Of a DNA stretch of 45,232 nucleotides, positions 41,742 through 45,232 are shown one piece after another (position 1 is the stretch's first letter; each line of letters begins with the position of its first letter). Source of the DNA: an uncultured Acidimicrobiaceae bacterium (GTDB lineage: Bacteria > Actinomycetota > Acidimicrobiia > Spongiisociales > UBA5794); contig CAYXMJ010000002.1 of assembly GCA_964465915.1 (NCBI GenBank), positions 1 through 45,232 on the forward strand, in the 5' to 3' direction. Under the pieces are notes generated by a model. The model saw only the letters and a program-made list of their open reading frames with translations, made no database searches and was not told where the DNA came from. A program made the translations under genes and the position numbers.

Positions 41742-43016
41742 TCAGCCGGTTGGGAAGCCCCCCTTGGTGATGTCGATCCAGACCAGGCGATGGTCCGAGC
41801 TCACTGGCGGGAACCCCGGTCCCGTCAGGTAGAAGTACGGATCGTCGCTGGTCGGCCAGAAGATGCCCGCGTCGACCATCTTCAGCGACCGGCTGGGCAG
41901 GACGTAGTCCACCCGCAGGTTGCCGGGTCCGCCAAACGCCGCCTCGGAGAAGTCGGCCGTGTCGAAGGCCGGGTCGCCGAGATGCACGTCGTTGGGTGGC
42001 CCTTGGTTCACCATCTCGACGCCGCCGGCACTGGCCGGGGTCACCTTGGTGTTGACCTTCGGGCTTTCGAGCAGCTGCTGGGCTGCGCCTGGGATCGAAT
42101 CCCCATCGAATGGATCGGCGTTCTGGTCGCCGGCGATCACGAACAACGCACCGGGCGAGAGGCCGCCGCGCCGTCCGTTGTCGTCGTAGATGTAGCGGCT
42201 GTGGCGCCCGCCCCGAACATAGTCGGACCAAAAGCGGATCTCGTCGAAGTTGCGCGTTCCGTTGCGATCCTCGGGCCCATCGAACACGGGAGGTGTCGGA
42301 TGGCTGACGAGGAAGTGCACCGTCTTGTTCCCAACTTGGATAGGGAGGTCCCAGTGGCTCTTCGACGACAGCCGGAAGACCTCCATGTCGCCCTCGTCGT
42401 ACCAGGGCTCACGGGTGACGGGGTCCGCTGGGATCAGCCGCCCCGGCATGTCCTTCCACAGGAAATTCTGGAACGTCCGCGCCGCACCCTCGTCGATGTC
42501 GTACATCGAGAACACGGCCATTCCGAATTGGCCGGGGAACTGTCCGAAGCCGAACGAGTCGTTGGCCCAGTCGAATGATCCGAGTGGTCCGCCGACTTTG
42601 CCGTCCTTGTTCAGGTCACGGCCGGATGGGATGCCGGTGTTTGACTCCGCCGCGAACGTGTGTGGGTAGGTGATGGGTTCGGCGCCGTTCTGAGACACCC
42701 CCAGGTAGTTCGCCTGGAACAGCGCCATTGCGTCGCCTGCCGGGTCGTAGTCGAACTCGTTGATCAGCAGAACATCGGGTCGGGTGCGTTGGATGATCTC
42801 CGCCACCGCTCGGATCTGAGGATCGTCGGGTGTGGCGAGATCATCGAGCAACTCGCCGATGCTGCCGCGGTTGAGCGAGGCGTTGAAGGCGGCGAACCTG
42901 ACAGCTCGTTCTTCGTTGCCCCCCGCTGCTTGTGCGGGCATGACGACCGACACCACCATCAGTGCCGCCATCAGGGCCATCAAGGCCATCCGTCCAAGAG
43001 GACGATTCCGGTACAT
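41742..43016 (-). CDS. secreted endonuclease/exonuclease/phosphatase (EEP) family protein
   Basis: Signal peptide [21 protein letters not shown]. Also [22 protein letters not shown], the catalytic-type motifs GDQNADP and [10 protein letters not shown]. Confidence 0.8.
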   Translation of the reverse strand: MYRNRPLGRMALMALMAALMVVSVVMPAQAAGGNEERAVRFAAFNASLNRGSIGELLDDLATPDDPQIRAVAEIIQRTRPDVLLINEFDYDPAGDAMALFQANYLGVSQNGAEPITYPHTFAAESNTGIPSGRDLNKDGKVGGPLGSFDWANDSFGFGQFPGQFGMAVFSMYDIDEGAARTFQNFLWKDMPGRLIPADPVTREPWYDEGDMEVFRLSSKSHWDLPIQVGNKTVHFLVSHPTPPVFDGPEDRNGTRNFDEIRFWSDYVRGGRHSRYIYDDNGRRGGLSPGALFVIAGDQNADPFDGDSIPGAAQQLLESPKVNTKVTPASAGGVEMVNQGPPNDVHLGDPAFDTADFSEAAFGGPGNLRVDYVLPSRSLKMVDAGIFWPTSDDPYFYLTGPGFPPVSSDHRLVWIDITKGGFPTG

Positions 43017-43208
43017 AGCTCCCCCTTCCGAGTGCTTGCCGGTTTGCTCTCCCTACTCTCGCGCGTTCTGGCGTTCGATGTCGGATCGGGCCGCCCGTTC
43101 GTGCGTGGCCATGATGCCCAAGTGCCATTTCTGGACACGCAGCCACGCAGGAACGGGAGGGCGCGGCAGCCGGTATCCTCGTTGCAACGCCGAAGCGACC
43201 GGAGGGTC

Positions 43209-45077
43209 ATGTCCGAGTTCCTCACCGATCAAGCCGTCTACCTCTTCAACGAGGGCACCAACTACCGCATGTGGGAGAACCTCGGTGCCCACATCGTGGG
43301 TGAGGGTGCCCACTTTGCGGTGTGGGCGCCCAACGCCCGCCGCGCTTCGGTGATCGGTGACTTCAACGGGTGGGATCCGTCCCGCGGCGACCTCTTTCCC
43401 AGTGAGTCGGGCATCTGGCGCGGTCACCTCCCCGAGGCGCAGAAGGGCAATACCTACAAGTACCGCCTCGAGGGACCGAACGGCGGCGTGATGGAGAAGG
43501 CCGATCCCTATGCCTTCACCGCGGAGGTGCCGCCGAAGACCGCATCCGTCGTGTGGGATCTCGACTACTCGTGGGGCGATGCGGCATGGATGGCGAGCCG
43601 CCATGAACGCAACGGCCACGACTCGCCGATCTCGATCTACGAGTTCCACCTTGGGTCGTGGCGCAAGAAGAGCCGGGCGGAGTCGTACTCGTATCGTGAG
43701 CTGGCTCCACTGCTGGCCGACTACATGAACGAGATGGGGTTCACCCACGTCGAGATGCTGCCCGTCACTGAGCATCCCTTCTACCCGTCGTGGGGTTATC
43801 AGGCGACGGGCTACTTTGCTCCGACCAGCCGCTTCGGCACCCCACAGGACTTCATGTATTTTGTCGACACGCTGCACCGGGCCGGTATCGGGATTCTGCT
43901 CGACTGGGTGCCATCACATTTCGCCACCGATCCTCACGGGTTGGGGAACTTCGACGGGACGGCGCTCTTCGAGCACGCTGATCCTCGCCTCGGCTGGCAT
44001 CCCGATTGGAACAGCGCCATCTTCAACTACGGCCGCAACGAGGTCCGCAGCTTCCTGCTTTCGAGTGCGAACTTCTGGATGGACGTCTATCACATCGATG
44101 GGCTCAGGGTTGATGCGGTGGCCTCGATGCTGTATCTCGACTACTCCCGCAACGAGGGCGAGTGGATCCCCAACGTCCACGGCGGCAACGAGAACCTCGA
44201 GGCGATCTCGTTGCTGCGCCAGCTCAACATCGATATCTACGGTTCACACCCAGGGGCGCTCACCGTGGCCGAGGAGTCGACGGCCTGGCCGGGCGTCTCG
44301 AAGCCGGTCGAAGCCGGTGGTCTCGGTTTCGGCTTCAAGTGGGACATGGGCTGGATGCACGACACCCTTGCCTACTTCCAGCGTGAGCCGGTTCACCGCG
44401 CCTACCACCAAGACGACCTCACGTTCCGTGGCCTCTACCAGTACGACGAGAACTTCATCCTCTCGCTGAGTCACGACGAAGTCGTCCACGGCAAGGGCTC
44501 GCTGATCAACAAGATGCCGGGTGACGAGTGGCAGCAGTTCGCCAACCTGCGGGCGCTCTACGGGTACATGTACTCGCTGCCCGGCAAGAAGTTGCTCTTC
44601 ATGGGCGGTGAGCTGGGGCAACGCTCGGAGTGGAGCGTGGACCGTGGCCTCGACTGGCATGTGGCGGACTATGACCACCATGCCGGCGTCCAGCGTTGGG
44701 TGGCGGACCTCAACCGGGTGTATCAGGAATCGGATGCGTTGTGGGCAGAGGACTACAACCCCGACGGGATGGAATGGATCGACGCCTCGGACGCCGCGGC
44801 CAGCGTTCTCTCGTACGCCCGCAAGGCGGGAGACCACAAGGTGATCGTCGTCGGCAACTTCACGCCGCTGCTGCGCGAGGGCTATCGGGTTGGGGTCGAC
44901 CTGCCCGGCACCTGGGAGGTCATCCTCAACTCAGATGACGTCAAGTATTGGGGGTCCGGTGCTGGGACGACGGGCGGGGTGGTGGTCGAGGACGTTCCAC
45001 TCCATGGCCGGGAGCGCTCATTGCTGCTGGATCTGCCGCCGCTCGGTGTGCTCTACCTGCGCAGGGTCAGCTCGTAG
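43209..45077 (+). CDS. glgB: 1,4-alpha-glucan branching enzyme
   Basis: GH13 motifs [21 protein letters not shown], and the catalytic Glu in [12 protein letters not shown], plus [11 protein letters not shown] chose the ATG at 43209 with GGAGGG upstream (622 aa). The upstream part of the 805-aa track ORF is antisense to the EEP gene. Confidence 0.9.
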   Translation: MSEFLTDQAVYLFNEGTNYRMWENLGAHIVGEGAHFAVWAPNARRASVIGDFNGWDPSRGDLFPSESGIWRGHLPEAQKGNTYKYRLEGPNGGVMEKADPYAFTAEVPPKTASVVWDLDYSWGDAAWMASRHERNGHDSPISIYEFHLGSWRKKSRAESYSYRELAPLLADYMNEMGFTHVEMLPVTEHPFYPSWGYQATGYFAPTSRFGTPQDFMYFVDTLHRAGIGILLDWVPSHFATDPHGLGNFDGTALFEHADPRLGWHPDWNSAIFNYGRNEVRSFLLSSANFWMDVYHIDGLRVDAVASMLYLDYSRNEGEWIPNVHGGNENLEAISLLRQLNIDIYGSHPGALTVAEESTAWPGVSKPVEAGGLGFGFKWDMGWMHDTLAYFQREPVHRAYHQDDLTFRGLYQYDENFILSLSHDEVVHGKGSLINKMPGDEWQQFANLRALYGYMYSLPGKKLLFMGGELGQRSEWSVDRGLDWHVADYDHHAGVQRWVADLNRVYQESDALWAEDYNPDGMEWIDASDAAASVLSYARKAGDHKVIVVGNFTPLLREGYRVGVDLPGTWEVILNSDDVKYWGSGAGTTGGVVVEDVPLHGRERSLLLDLPPLGVLYLRRVSS

Positions 45078-45177
45078 ACCCTCTTGTGGCGACGATGAAC
45101 AACCGGGGGAACGGGAAGAGCGTCACCCCGCTTGGCCGGATCGAATAGGCAATCCGCAGCTCGGCGCGGCAGACCTA

Positions 45178-45232
45178 CTAGGTGTTGTTGAGCAGCTCGA
45201 TGTCGTGTGATCCACAGGTGCGGCAGCGCAAG
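45178..45232 (-). CDS. 3' end of an unidentified CDS running off the window (…LRCRTCGSHDIELLNNT*)
   Basis: 17 in-frame codons with mostly G/C third positions end at the TAG at 45178-45180. This is too short to assign. Confidence 0.25.
   Translation of the reverse strand, partial: LRCRTCGSHDIELLNNT

Noticed and set aside
42660-43208. N-terminal 183 codons of the 805-aa glgB track ORF.
   Set aside because: This part is antisense to the secreted EEP-family gene and then crosses the intergenic region. GlgB homology and a GGAGGG RBS begin at the ATG at 43209.
1-45232. CRISPR arrays, insertion sequences or transposases, integrases, phage genes, rRNA or tRNA genes.
   Set aside because: I saw no direct-repeat/spacer arrays, no DDE or serine/tyrosine recombinase-like products in any track ORF, no terminal inverted repeats flanking a block, and no cloverleaf-compatible sequences in the intergenic regions I read. 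An automated scan (tRNAscan-SE, ISEScan, CRISPRCasFinder) would be needed to be certain.

Overview
This is a high-GC chromosomal segment (third codon positions are overwhelmingly G/C), most consistent with an Actinomycetota genome, possibly Acidimicrobiia-like; the taxon is inference only. It is densely coding, with about 48 supportable CDS. I found no rRNA, tRNA, CRISPR array, transposase or integrase, or prophage genes. Most of the content is ordinary metabolism and transport: acyl-CoA dehydrogenase, a fused E1 alpha/beta 2-oxoacid dehydrogenase, AsnA, a threonine-synthase-family enzyme, an M20 amidohydrolase, a heterodimeric ABC exporter pair, MscS, an ECF-type Cbi/Nik MNQO transporter, arsC plus a MIP channel, a tryptophanase/tyrosine phenol-lyase, and GlgB. 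Many of the long ORFs in the six-frame track are antisense or out-of-frame shadows of these genes, and I trimmed or rejected them. The stand-out locus is a tightly packed minus-strand operon at 26906-32555. It runs: small 2-TM protein, MauE-family membrane protein, a Tat-signal protein with 26 Cys whose N-terminal half has the Cys spacing and CPPG motif of the methylamine dehydrogenase light chain (MauA), a membrane-anchored CxxC thioredoxin-like protein (MauD-like), an unannotated 25-codon TM mini-ORF, a six-TM protein, a 157-aa unknown, and a secreted PD40 + seven-repeat FG-GAP double beta-propeller. Nearly every junction is a 4-nt ATGA/GTGA overlap. No MauB, MauG or amicyanin is present. 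I propose it as a candidate undescribed extracytoplasmic disulfide-maturation or quinoprotein-like system. Other notable points are a perfect Nur-box (TTGCAA-N5-TTGCAA) over the RBS of the ECF transporter, which argues for nickel rather than cobalt; a sulfatase reduced to its N-terminal 147 codons next to an orphan MbcA/ParS-like antitoxin; and several unannotated small hydrophobic ORFs and hairpins. All family assignments rest on motif recognition by eye and need HMM or BLAST confirmation.
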